Source: Corallochytrium limacisporum Hawaii
Taxonomy: Eukaryota; Protista; Pluriformea
NCBI GenBank assembly: GCA_002811645.1
Contig: PDIP01000095.1
Location: 1-38,002 of the forward strand
DNA: 38,002 nt
Direction: 5' to 3'
In this document: positions 10,209-20,939 of the stretch, piece after piece
How the letters are laid out: each line of letters starts with the position of its first letter
How positions within the stretch are numbered: position 1 is the first letter of the stretch
Program-made: the position numbers and the translations under genes
Notes under the pieces: model-generated
Database searches by the model: none
What the model was told of the DNA's origin: nothing
What the model saw: the letters and a program-made list of their open reading frames with translations, nothing else

Positions 10209-10964
10209 ATGATCATGAAGCTACACGTAATGATTCTCGCACTACTCTGTTCTCTGTGTCTTCCGACGCAGATAGCAACGGGTGCCGTCGTCACCATGAG
10301 TCGCTTTCAACCTTTGGCGCAATGGGGCCCGCCACCGCCTCCTACGGAAGGCCCAGTCATTCCCCTAGGCACATGCAAAAAATCAGACATCGTACTGAAG
10401 GTGGATGCTCACTTAGATATCTTATGCCCAGACTGCTTGGCAATCTGGCCTCGTTTGAAGGCTATTAGTGAAAGAGACGACACCTGTGTGTTTTTGTACT
10501 TTTTCCCTCTGCCATATCACATGCACAGTTTCCAGGTAACGGAGACCATCTATGCCTTGCACGACAAGAACCCCAAGTCTGTCTTTAGGTGGATTGACAG
10601 CTTGTTCAACAACCAGGAACGGTTTGAAAATGGGCCTACTTTCAACATGGCGGCATCTCAGGTTGAGTCAAGCATTCATGAACTAGCCTTGTCGCTAGAC
10701 ATTGACGTGGCAGAACTTGACGGCATCCATGCAGACCAGGACACAAGGGCATCATTCAAATTCGGCTGTGGACGAGGCGTCTTTGGCACACCGTGGTTCT
10801 TTAGTACACAATACCGTGCGGCCGATCCTCTTTATGGCCAAGTCTATGTCCATGATGTCTTCACCCATCAAGATCTTGATCCCGTCGAAGAGATCCTTGA
10901 GGCAAGCCAATGGAATGAAGAATTAGTTGACACTCCCGGCAAAGTCAACGTGGGAGGTCCTTAG
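10209..10964 (+). CDS. Secreted DsbA-like thioredoxin-fold protein
   Basis: Signal peptide, LDILCPDC (CxxC), FPLPYH, GVFGTPWF cis-Pro loop. Confidence 0.85.
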   Translation: MIMKLHVMILALLCSLCLPTQIATGAVVTMSRFQPLAQWGPPPPPTEGPVIPLGTCKKSDIVLKVDAHLDILCPDCLAIWPRLKAISERDDTCVFLYFFPLPYHMHSFQVTETIYALHDKNPKSVFRWIDSLFNNQERFENGPTFNMAASQVESSIHELALSLDIDVAELDGIHADQDTRASFKFGCGRGVFGTPWFFSTQYRAADPLYGQVYVHDVFTHQDLDPVEEILEASQWNEELVDTPGKVNVGGP

Positions 10965-11226
10965 AGCATCCTCTCTCCAGCATTATCCAACGTTACATTC
11001 CTCAGTATCAACAGAGCTCAGGAGATAATGGAACCATTACATCCAGTTTGCAAGGCCGATCCAAGATAAGCGGTTCCTACAGGTGAGCAACTTGGCGTAA
11101 GTGTCGCAAGCCGTGTTAATGGGTTTGAATATCATGTTGTGGTCCTTAAGTCTATTTCGCTTGTTTTGGAGGAATAAACTCGAAGAAACTGAAATGTTGG
11201 TTTTAGGATTGAGTACGAGTGGCTTT

Positions 11227-11655
11227 TCACTGAAAGGCAGCACCTTGCCGGGATGGAGCACCCTGCTCAATCTGCCTTTTTCGCGCTAACAAGACCTCGC
11301 GATTCATTTCAGTCCTCTTTCGACCTTCTTCCATTTCTTTCAGGCGGCGTTTACGCTCCGTTTCTTCCTGTGCACGACTTGCTTGCAGTTCAATCCGCTT
11401 GGACTCGGTATCAAGCATGCGCTCATGCTGAGCCAGCAGCTCAGCTTATTTCTTCTTCTTCTCAGCTTGGCGAACTTCTTCTTCATGCTGTTGGACGGCT
11501 TCCACTTTGGCCCTTTGTTCGATTTCCAATCGCAGATGCAGATCCCGTTGGATGTCATCCCGGCGTTCCTTGGCCTTGCGCGCAAGCATTTCATCAAGGC
11601 TCTGCCTCTGCTCAAGCTGCATACGTACCTGACGTTCGCGACAGACATGAGCCTC
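11227..11655 (-). pseudogene. Disrupted E/K/R/Q-rich coiled-coil gene (trichoplein/CFAP-like?)
   Basis: One frame reads ...MQLEQRQSLDEMLARKAKERR...EEEVRQAEKKKK*AELLAQHERMLDTESKRIELQ...; in-frame TAA at 11446-11448; bounded by TGA at 11656-11658 and 11227-11229. Confidence 0.55.
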
Positions 11656-12102
11656 TCAAATAATAGCCAGGTGCCTTTTTGGCAGATGGAGTGCCCTCCC
11701 CCCCTGGCAACCTGTAGGAAGAATCCTGCGCAGTTTGTAGCTACTGCAATTAAATTAGACTCCCGAAATGTTGCGAGCTTCGTTAATCCATCTTAAATAC
11801 ATATGATAGGTCAATCAGTTTTGAGTGCACACGCCATTTCTTCCTTTGTTTTGTAGGAGGCGGGTCTCACCTCAGCACGGGCGAGCACGACTTCTTGTGC
11901 CAACGACAGGACTCGTCTCATCAATTAACAGGTACTTTGGTGCTGACAGAACGTTTGGGTCACATAACTGCTTCTCGTAAGCAGTGTATGTCTTTTTGGA
12001 TGAAATGAAAGTGTTGGAAGCATGATGAAGGGTTAGATCTTGGGATTTCGAAGAGTAGCGCAATCTTGGGTTGCAAATACCTGACACTGATCGTCGAGTA
12101 GA

Positions 12103-14246
12103 ATGAGTGTATTCATGGAAACGTTGCTCTGCAGCGTCCCGATTCTGCTGCTTATCTTTGTGACAGTCATACCGCCTCATCTACCATGTCATATTAGTTT
12201 GCCATTGAGTGCAGGAGTGGCGTTTTTCCTGCAATTGGTCTACTACCAGCGATCTGTAGTTAGAATTTTTGAGCCATTGTAGCAGGAGGATTGAGTGCAT
12301 TGGAACCGTTAAGTATCTTGGGCTGTGCAATGGTGCTATCCGAAGTGATGGCAGCAACACGCACTTTAGACTGGATCATTTCACATATCAAGGACCTGAC
12401 TGCAGGTAACGCTATTGCAGAAGTTTATCTGATACTGTGGGCCTTTGAATATTTACTTGAAGGCACGGCAGGCTTCGGAACTCCGGTAGCTCTGGCAGCT
12501 CCAATCATGGTTGAAATCGGGCACGATCCGGTACTGACAGTGGCCAGTGGGCTGGTCCTAAATGGTCTAGCGACCAATATGGGAGCAGTGGGCACTGGCA
12601 CTCTCTTTGGTTTCAGTCCGCTCGGCCTGACGGAGGAACAGCTACTGTCTGTCGGGAACAGAACGCAGCTGTTGAACACCCTCATGAGTCCACTGGTTGT
12701 GTTTGCCGGGGCTTGGCTATTGATTCCAGCCAACGACTTGGCTCGTAATTGGCGGTTCTGTCTCCTGGCAACTTATGCATGCACCATCCCAGCTTTCCTC
12801 TCAAGCTTCATTTCTGTGGCCTTCCCGTCACTCATCGGTGGTGTGGTGGGACTCGGCCTGGTAGCCATCCTGGCCAAGTACAAAGTGGGCCTTGACCCGA
12901 ACTTGCGACCACGGGGTCGCAAGTCTGTAGATGGAACAAACACAATAGGCCCCTTGACCTCTGCATCAGGTTCCCAAAGGAGACTTCCCCGCACATCTCT
13001 CCGCGGCCTGCTCTCCGGCTCTGTCAGCCATGTGAACGATCACACAGGTGACTATGAAGCATTGAATGCTGAAGACCTTGATGACGATGATATGGAAGCA
13101 AACCATACGCAACGGTCTCATATGCCTGAGGACCTTGGCGAAGTGGAAGAGTCAACGGAGCATAGGTGGTCCGGGGGACGAGAGAACACGACTAGTCAAA
13201 GAGGCTCTGTTGAATCGCCCTCTAGATCAAATCCGGAGAGCCCTCTCCGTGCGGGAACACCAGTGCAGACTATGAACGGGGCTGCTTTGCAGATGCAGAC
13301 CTTGGAAAATAGTGAGATGGGTGACCATACTGGCCCAGGAGACATTAATATTGAGTTGCATGGCCACCGCATGCGCCACTTTGACAGTGGCTTGGTTGAC
13401 GGGTTCATGCGGTCGTTCCCGCTTTGGGGTACGGTGCTGGTGCTAATGTTCACTCGCATTCCCATATTCGGCCTAAAGTCCATTGTGACGGCCACAGAGC
13501 CTCATCTGGCTATACCAATTCCATATGTCTTCAAGATTGTAATTAGCGCTGGTCTAGTAGTTGGCCTTGAAGACATTTTCGGTCAAGCAGATCTGGAATG
13601 GGACTATCGCACGCTCTACGTGCCCGCTCTTCTACCCTTTCAGCTCATTGCTGCCATAACTCTGGCCATCTGGATGCCACCGCGTGTTCCAAACTTTGGC
13701 AGAGAATTCCTGAGGCTCTACGGCAAGATCCATAAAAAGGTTGCCGCACGATTGCCAAAGACAGCAGTCGTTTTGGGGTTTGCAGTGATTTTGGTTCATT
13801 TGATGATCCTGGCAGACTTTAGGGACCCAGAAGATGCAAGTCAGGACGCAGATGATCCAAAGTTTGAAGGACCTGCGGCCATCGTTGGGCACAATTTAGC
13901 AGTTGCTTTGGGGGGCGGCTGGATTGCAGTATCGGCGTTAATCGGTGGCATCGGCTGCTTCTTCTCAGATGTCACCGTGAGCAACTTGACATTTGGAGAG
14001 GTCCAGCTCAGTGCGGCTGATGCTCTAGGATTCAGCTCGGAGTCTATGCTGGCGTTCCAAGGCACTGGTGCAGCTATAGGGAACATGACCTGCCTTGTCA
14101 AGATTATAAACGCTGCGGCAATGGTTGACTTATCCTCTGTGAGATCCGCCGAGGCAGCGGTGTTGAAGCGGACAATTCCACTGTTTCTTGTACTTGTTTT
14201 GATAGCTACCGCTTTAGGGGCCCTGATCTTCAGCATTGTTTACTAA
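12103..14246 (+). CDS. lctP: L-lactate permease (LctP family), interrupted by a 1-nt frameshift near 12271
   Basis: LLEGTAGFGTPVALAAP, GAVGT, TVSNLTF, GAAIGNM. The missing first TM pair (MSVFMETLLCSVPILLLIFVTV...) is in a different frame from ATG 12103 and stops at TAG 12280-12282. Confidence 0.85.
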
Positions 14247-14317
14247 GGCTATCTGCGTTGATCCGAAACGATTGGGTGATATAGCACTTAAATATAATAT
14301 GCCTACTAGAATCGGAG

Positions 14318-15277
14318 CTACCGTCCAAACAGATTTCGCATACAATCATCAATAGTCTGGAGATCAAATTTGAAACCTTCATCCAATGCCTGCTGTGGGT
14401 AGAGGTTCTGTCCCTTCAGCAGCAGAACTGCTGTGTCCATGGTGCCGATGACAATCTTCGAGAAAACAAATTGCGGCGTACGAGGCAACAATGGAATCAT
14501 AAGGCGACTTAACAGACTAGCATGCCGGGCTCCGGCGTAGGTGAAGTCATCGTTAGTGGTGTCGTCCGGGCTGCAGGCGTTGTATACCTTGATGGCGTTG
14601 GGATCAAGTGCGTTTGCGTCCTGTTCAATTATATGCGTCAACAGACGGGTCATATCCTGTATGTGAATCCAGGGAAACGGCTGTGAGCCGGGACTGATGG
14701 GCGACAACACTCCAAGCAGCAACGGAATTTTCTGTTGTGGAAAGGCACCGCCCTCGTTGCCCAAAACTACACCGCTCCGCACCACGACCTTTCGTGGTTC
14801 TTGCACCGTTGGACTGTCGCTTACCATTGCCCCTTCCCAGTCACTGACCAACTGGCTCATGAAATCGTATGGCGGGAACACGTCAGATTCTGTATACCGC
14901 TTGCTGATTCCTGCCGGAGGATAATAGGCAGCACCACTCAGGTTGACCCACAACTTTGGCGGACTATTCATGCGGTCGACTGCCTTGCGAATTCTGGAGG
15001 TGCTGTTGACTCGACTGTCGATCACTTCTCTTTTAAATGTTTCAGTCCATCTTCGGGGAGGTTGCAGGACGGGAGCACCTGCTGCATTGATAACAACGTC
15101 GCAGTCAGGTAGCCCATGGAGTTTGACCGTATCCCAAGAAATCTGCTCCGCTCCCTTAGATATGCGACTGATCACCACAACCTCGTGACCCTTGGTGCGC
15201 AGGTGCTGCTTCAGGGCCGATCCGATGAATCCTGTCCCTCCGGCCAGCATGACCTTCAATTTTCGACTCTGTGACAT
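14318..15277 (-). CDS. SDR39U1: Epimerase family SDR39U1 (TIGR01777-like)
   Basis: AGGTGFIG, VINAAG, RRWTETFKREVIDSRV, RSGVVLG, GSQPFPWIHIQD; ATG at 15277. Confidence 0.92.
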   Translation of the reverse strand: MSQSRKLKVMLAGGTGFIGSALKQHLRTKGHEVVVISRISKGAEQISWDTVKLHGLPDCDVVINAAGAPVLQPPRRWTETFKREVIDSRVNSTSRIRKAVDRMNSPPKLWVNLSGAAYYPPAGISKRYTESDVFPPYDFMSQLVSDWEGAMVSDSPTVQEPRKVVVRSGVVLGNEGGAFPQQKIPLLLGVLSPISPGSQPFPWIHIQDMTRLLTHIIEQDANALDPNAIKVYNACSPDDTTNDDFTYAGARHASLLSRLMIPLLPRTPQFVFSKIVIGTMDTAVLLLKGQNLYPQQALDEGFKFDLQTIDDCMRNLFGR

Positions 15278-15836
15278 ACTATGTACGCGTAGGGTGCCGT
15301 TCCAGAGTTCAATGGATGAGATGAAAATGTACGTTGGAGAATAATTTAGTCTCTGGAACAAGACGTGTTAGTTAGGAACGCATCGCCCGCTGCAAGTAGC
15401 TCGTCGAAACCGAAGCGAGATGCCTTTTCCCCAAGCATTTTTTGTCTCCATCTGTCTTCGTTGGACGGTAACCCTACTCTGGGTTTTCACACTTTCAGGC
15501 CTTATGCGTTCGGACGCGCAATGGTACCAAGTGGTAATCTGTGGAGAGAGGGGTCAGTTTTCCACAGGGAAAGAAGGGACAGAAGCCCTCTCCTTGTGTT
15601 TACAGGGGGATGGAAGTGGAAACCAAAAAGCCACCACCCAAGCGATGGGGTGACATGTGTTTATGTGTACCAGTGGTATGGTAGCGAGAAGGCCCTCCGG
15701 ATCTTCAGATTCTGTAGAGCTGTGGATACCTAACAACGTACCAGGTATCTGAACACGGGGGCCACCCTGACTAGATTTTGTACAAACTGCCGCACTACTT
15801 TGCCAGGCAAAAACCTGCCCACAGCTCGAACAAACC

Positions 15837-16808
15837 ATGGCCATCCTGGGACAGAATGTTTCGTATATCTTTTTTGGTGCCATGGTGGCCTATGCCATGA
15901 ACGCACTCGTGATCAATCAACCGGCGCCCTTGGTGCCTGCTAAGGCCACTTCACCACCGAAGAAGATCTTGTTCATGATGCCGGACTCCGGTTATGATGT
16001 TATTGATGCCAGTGCCGCCTGGTGGACCCTAAGTAATGTCCATCACGAGCTAACTTTTGCCACATCCTCTGGTAACGTGCCACAGCCCTGTGAATTGCAG
16101 TTGGGTACGGGAAATGCCTACTGGGACTACTTCTACGGAACAGGGGAATCGGCTCGGAAAGAGCATGCACAAATGACCAAGTCAGCGGCTTACAACAATC
16201 CTGTAAGTTTCTCCGATGTGCTGAAATCCATTGAGTCCAAGTCTGCCAAATTCGACGGTCTCTTCATCCCAGGAGGTTACTGCACTGGATACGAGAAGCT
16301 GATCTTTGACAAGGAGGCGCACGCCATTGCTGAGCTGTTCCTCTACAACGACCGAGTCGTGGCGACCCTGGGCGAGGGAATTGCTGTCTTAGGCACCGCG
16401 CCAGCCACGGGCGATCACGCCAAGCAGGTCGCTGCGGAGAATGGAGAAATGGTGAATGCCTCCGTACTGGTGGATCGCAAGTTGACTGGACCCAACCGTG
16501 TGTTTGAATTCTTCCTGCGCCACACTGGAGCGATCCTATTTCCGGGCAAGCTTTTCTACGACGAGGTGCCGTCGTTACCTTCGGTAGAGCACATTGTCAA
16601 GAACTCTGCCGGTACTGACACGTTTTCCCTGGGACCATTGCAACCATTCCAGAGTCTGAAACCCGGATCACGAAAGGACTTTACGCACACTCACGTGATG
16701 AGAGATGGCAACCTGCTGACCGGTCGATACTGGACAGATGCCTACATGGTCGCACTTGGCATGGCGAAGACTTTGGAACTGTACGATTCTACGAGTTGGG
16801 TTATGTAA
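15837..16808 (+). CDS. DJ-1/PfpI (class I glutamine amidotransferase-like) protein with N-terminal hydrophobic anchor; lacks the catalytic Cys
   Basis: KILFMMPDSGYD, LTFAT, FDGLFIPGG, VATLGEG (normally AICHG), VMRDGNLLTGR. Confidence 0.8.
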   Translation: MAILGQNVSYIFFGAMVAYAMNALVINQPAPLVPAKATSPPKKILFMMPDSGYDVIDASAAWWTLSNVHHELTFATSSGNVPQPCELQLGTGNAYWDYFYGTGESARKEHAQMTKSAAYNNPVSFSDVLKSIESKSAKFDGLFIPGGYCTGYEKLIFDKEAHAIAELFLYNDRVVATLGEGIAVLGTAPATGDHAKQVAAENGEMVNASVLVDRKLTGPNRVFEFFLRHTGAILFPGKLFYDEVPSLPSVEHIVKNSAGTDTFSLGPLQPFQSLKPGSRKDFTHTHVMRDGNLLTGRYWTDAYMVALGMAKTLELYDSTSWVM

Positions 16809-16953
16809 ATTAGAAAAACGTATATCATAGTGATTTGACTAATCGTAGTCTATCAAGATCATGTGTACTATATTTCGTATGGTACGCTGGCTACACAAGA
16901 TGAGTGATTCCCACGCCTCCTTTCTTTATTTGGTTGTCATACGCTTGTTCCCT

Positions 16954-19170
16954 TTACTCTTTGGAACCCTTCATCTTTTGGGTGGACGCCTCACCATTAT
17001 TGTCATCATCCCCATACATTCCTTCACCGTCAGCGTCCTTGACGGGCATCTTCACACGACTTGCCTCAAATAGAGATTCCTCCAATGTGTTCCGTAGAGC
17101 TGCGTTCGTGTCCACGTCCAGGTCCTTGACCTTGCCCTTGGTGAATACAAAGGATTTAGGATCCACACCGGCAATGTCCATGTCCTCAGAGACAAGAGTG
17201 CTCAAGTCAGCCAGCTTATACTGCTTCAGGGCACGTAAAAGGATGTGGAAAGTGACATCAGTAGGGGCGATGCCGTTCTCCTTCATCGTCTTATAGATAT
17301 CAAGCATTAGCTTAGGTTTGTCTTGACGAAAGGCAGTATTGAGCATAATAGTGTAGGTGACTTCATCCGGTTCAATGTTCATGGCCCGCATCTTGTCAAT
17401 GTAGTTCTGGGCGCTAGACATGTCCTCGTGAGTGCCGGCTGCGGTCATGAGAATGTTGTACGTGATCCGATCCGGACGCATATCCATAGTCTCCGACAGT
17501 TCCTGCATCTTGGCCGTGCCCGCTGCGGGACCGCGAGCCATTGCGTAGCAATAAACTACAATGTTTAGAGCCCTTGCCTCCAGGGGAACCCCACGGTTGC
17601 GCATGTCCTGCAGGAGATCTTCAAGGAGGTCAATATCGTGAACACGAGATGCCAAATGGAGCATCAGGTAGAAGGTGATAGGCTTAGCCTCCATTGTGGC
17701 ATCGGCAAGGACGCGAGAATACAGAGCCCGTGCCTCGTTCACCATGCGTCTGCGACGGTAGAGATCAAGCAAGGAGTTGAATGTGTTAATGTTGGGCTTG
17801 AGACCGTTCTCGTAAATCATGTTTAGTACATCCTCAGCTCGTTGCAGATCCATCGCAAAATTGCAGGCAGACAGAATCTTGTTGTAGTGCTTCAGGCCGG
17901 CAGGCATGTTGCGGTCCTGCATTTCCTGCAGCAGTGCAAAGCATTCATCCACATTTCCTGCCAATGAATGGGCTTCCATGATGCGATCAAAGTCATTAGA
18001 GGTGGGTTCCTGACCAGACTCCAGAACCTGCTTGAAGGCTTCCTCGGCCAGCTCGAGCTCGTCAGTGGCCGCAGCAAAGGACATTAGAAACTGATAGTCC
18101 AGCACACTCGGTGCCTCGTCACCGGAGACCATGTCAGTGAAGAGTTGCTTCAGCTTCTGCCGGTCCTCGATACCACAGCTACGCAACAAAATCTGATAAC
18201 ACAGTTGATCAGGTACCACGCCATGTTGGCGCATCGTGGTCAGCACATCAAAGGCTTGGGACAGGTTGCCATTCTTCGTTGCAGTGTTAATTAAAGACGT
18301 CCAACTGTTGGCTTCCAGTTGAATTTTGTTTTTCTTACACAGGTCTGCCAGGGCCATTGCCTTGTCAAACGCTCCAACCTTACCATACGCCCACAGTAGT
18401 GCATTCAGGTGCTGCGGTAACAAATCCCAGCCCTTCTTCTCCATAGCATTGACAATCTTATCCACCAATGTGACATCATCGAAATGTGCCGCACGACGTA
18501 GAGCATTCTGCAGTGCAAGGTAATCGATACGGTGCGGCATCTTGAAGAAGACAGTCAGAGCTTCCTTCAATTCCCTGGGACGCGGCGCATTCCTGAAGTA
18601 TTGTCCCCAGTTAATCATGTAAGCATTTTTCTTGTTCAGATGAAGAATGGGGTTCAGACGACGAATAGTGTCGTCCTCAGGGTCATAGACCAAATTGTTG
18701 CTCTGCTTCGCTGTTTCCCGGATTTCATCCAAGGTTGCTTTTACCTTGCTCAGTCGGGCAAAGTTCAGGAGAAATTCCACGGGGATCGTACCATACAGAT
18801 CTCCTTTAGCCTGGTCCAACATGAATTTATCGGTCGGAAAATTCAAGTCACTGAAGTAGAACTCCAAATGGCGCACAATTTGCTGTTCCCTGGTCAAATC
18901 TGCTTCTTTCTCTTCGACTGCCACCGTCGGCTCATAGTCGTCAGGAGTCGATGCTGTGGTCTCCCCAGTGCTGGCATGGCGTACTCTTGAGTGCGTCACA
19001 TTGTAGAGGCGAGAAACAGCTATAGGACGGACTACCGCCATAGCGATCTGCGTCTGTGCCGGCATGCTACTCCCTGACGAGGCGACCATACTGGTCCGCC
19101 CACGGGCAGTGGACCGCAGCAATGCCTGCCACTGGCGGGCACTGATCTTACGCAGGGCGCGAGATGACAT
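16954..19170 (-). CDS. La-motif + ~13 P-type PPR repeat protein with mitochondrial-type presequence
   Basis: aa ~93-174 IVRHLEFYFSDLNFPTDKFM...IPVEFLLNFARL...TIRR (La motif); aa ~216-675 tandem 34-36-aa PPR units (e.g. DRITYNILMTAA...MNIEP, DEVTYTIML...GIAP). Confidence 0.9.
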   Translation of the reverse strand: MSSRALRKISARQWQALLRSTARGRTSMVASSGSSMPAQTQIAMAVVRPIAVSRLYNVTHSRVRHASTGETTASTPDDYEPTVAVEEKEADLTREQQIVRHLEFYFSDLNFPTDKFMLDQAKGDLYGTIPVEFLLNFARLSKVKATLDEIRETAKQSNNLVYDPEDDTIRRLNPILHLNKKNAYMINWGQYFRNAPRPRELKEALTVFFKMPHRIDYLALQNALRRAAHFDDVTLVDKIVNAMEKKGWDLLPQHLNALLWAYGKVGAFDKAMALADLCKKNKIQLEANSWTSLINTATKNGNLSQAFDVLTTMRQHGVVPDQLCYQILLRSCGIEDRQKLKQLFTDMVSGDEAPSVLDYQFLMSFAAATDELELAEEAFKQVLESGQEPTSNDFDRIMEAHSLAGNVDECFALLQEMQDRNMPAGLKHYNKILSACNFAMDLQRAEDVLNMIYENGLKPNINTFNSLLDLYRRRRMVNEARALYSRVLADATMEAKPITFYLMLHLASRVHDIDLLEDLLQDMRNRGVPLEARALNIVVYCYAMARGPAAGTAKMQELSETMDMRPDRITYNILMTAAGTHEDMSSAQNYIDKMRAMNIEPDEVTYTIMLNTAFRQDKPKLMLDIYKTMKENGIAPTDVTFHILLRALKQYKLADLSTLVSEDMDIAGVDPKSFVFTKGKVKDLDVDTNAALRNTLEESLFEASRVKMPVKDADGEGMYGDDDNNGEASTQKMKGSKE

Positions 19171-19910
19171 CCCTGTGTGTATGTATGTTACAATGTGCTC
19201 AGAACTTACCGCTTACTACAACTGCGACGTCTAGTTCCGATTTCACACTATAGTTCACGCCAGTAATCCTTTCAGCTCTGTACACGATCCACGTTCCACA
19301 TACTCCTTCTGGCGTTGTTATAGAACTGTTAGCCTGGAAATAACTGCGTAGAGATCCATGGATGTCTCACCACTATGGTACCATCCCTCATGGTTCAACA
19401 GTATTTATGCTACGCAAGTAATCTGAAAAGATGAAATGTAAGCTACAAGATTAAGAAGTAGACTGGGCTTACTTGCAGATCCAGTAGCTATCGGAAGTTG
19501 GTGTTTCTTGTTGATGCTGCTGGTCCCTACCCAGGCGGCCAGACTGGCGTGCCGGCCCGGGTTTGCAGATTCCGGTCCCCACTCCTCTTCCCCCCTCCCC
19601 ATGAGTTCCCCTAGGTCCCCCCTGGGCCCTCTCCCCCTCGTCAAACTTTCTCCGTGCGGCATCGGTTGGGAGCGAGAGCCAGGGCCAGTTTGCCCATGCA
19701 GTGGCTCGTTGTATTGCGTTGAGCACATTGTTTTTGACAGTTCTGGTAAAGGTTAAAGTTGGTCTAAAGAAAATATCCTTCCGGATTTCGACAGGTATCT
19801 AAGTCAAGACTATTTGTTACTTGAGTGATCGCAAATAGTCTGGATGCACTAAGGATCTCTTGGATATAGATCCCCCAATGACTAGCCCATCGTTAATGGT
19901 TCCTTAAATT

Positions 19911-20939
19911 ATGGAAGAGGCGTTCTCAAGCGACGAGGACATGGTTGCTCCTCGTCACCGCCGTCGAGCATATCAGGAAGATAGCTCAGATGATGATAGT
20001 GACGGTGATGCGGGACAGCACGAGCGACAAACTGAGCTCTACAGAAAACAAACTGCGAAGCAGCGACAACAGACCAGGCGAGGGAAGGCCCAAGGCAAAG
20101 ACTGTAGTGCCTTGGATTCTGCGACATTTGGAGAGTTAAAGAAATTGCAAAGTAAAGTGGGCACTAAAGAATTTACCTCTCTTATGAAAATTAAAGAAAA
20201 GTTAAAGAAACAGAAAGAGGCGTTGGCTATGACGAAGAAGCGAGTTCAGAATCGCGAGCACCATAGTGAAGAATACGAAGAGCAAGACTCAATTGGGGGG
20301 CAAATCGATGACGTCCACAATGACAGTGACGAGGAGTCTCAGTCTAACGAAGAATCCTCAGAAGAAGAAGAAGACTTTGACCGGCACGGGCACGAGAAAA
20401 GCGAAAGGAAGAAGAGGGGCACCAAGGTGAAACGGGCCAAGAACGCACCACGTGAGGAATCAAGTCGCAAACGACCAGTAGGACCGCGCCAAGTCGTGGA
20501 AGTTGTAAAGAAGCGAAACCGTGATCCGCGTTTTGATGATCTTAGTGGCGTACTGCACAAAGATCAGTACCAAAAAGCGTACTCTTTCCTGGACAACTTA
20601 CGCGCTGAAGAGATCGAGGAACTGCGTAAAAGTCTGAAGAAGGAGAAGGACCCTGTCCAACGGGAACGCATGTCGTCTATCCTTTCCAAGTATAGACAGC
20701 AGCAGAAGCAACAACAGGATGAAGAACGGCGACTGCACATCAAACGAGAACGCAACAAGGCCGAACGTGAGGCCGTCAAGCAGGGCAAGCGGCCGTACTT
20801 CCTCAAGCGCGCGGATGAGAAGAAGCTAGCGCTCACCGCCAAATTCAACGATCTCACACAGCGCGGCGCTGGTGGAGCGAAGAAGCTGCTGGCCAAGCGG
20901 AGAAAGCGTATGGCTGCTAAAGATCGGCAGCGGTTCTAA
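19911..20939 (+). CDS. RRP36: rRNA biogenesis protein RRP36
   Basis: KNAPREESSRKRP, RDPRFDDLSG, YQKAYSFL, KRPYFLK. Confidence 0.93.
   Translation: MEEAFSSDEDMVAPRHRRRAYQEDSSDDDSDGDAGQHERQTELYRKQTAKQRQQTRRGKAQGKDCSALDSATFGELKKLQSKVGTKEFTSLMKIKEKLKKQKEALAMTKKRVQNREHHSEEYEEQDSIGGQIDDVHNDSDEESQSNEESSEEEEDFDRHGHEKSERKKRGTKVKRAKNAPREESSRKRPVGPRQVVEVVKKRNRDPRFDDLSGVLHKDQYQKAYSFLDNLRAEEIEELRKSLKKEKDPVQRERMSSILSKYRQQQKQQQDEERRLHIKRERNKAEREAVKQGKRPYFLKRADEKKLALTAKFNDLTQRGAGGAKKLLAKRRKRMAAKDRQRF

Noticed and set aside
11037-11448. Stop-codon reassignment as an explanation for the in-frame stops
   Set aside because: Well-conserved neighbouring genes end at TAA, TAG and TGA at the expected positions
11872-12180. 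102-aa minus-strand ORF
   Set aside because: Overlaps the true lactate permease start in antisense; no recognisable motifs
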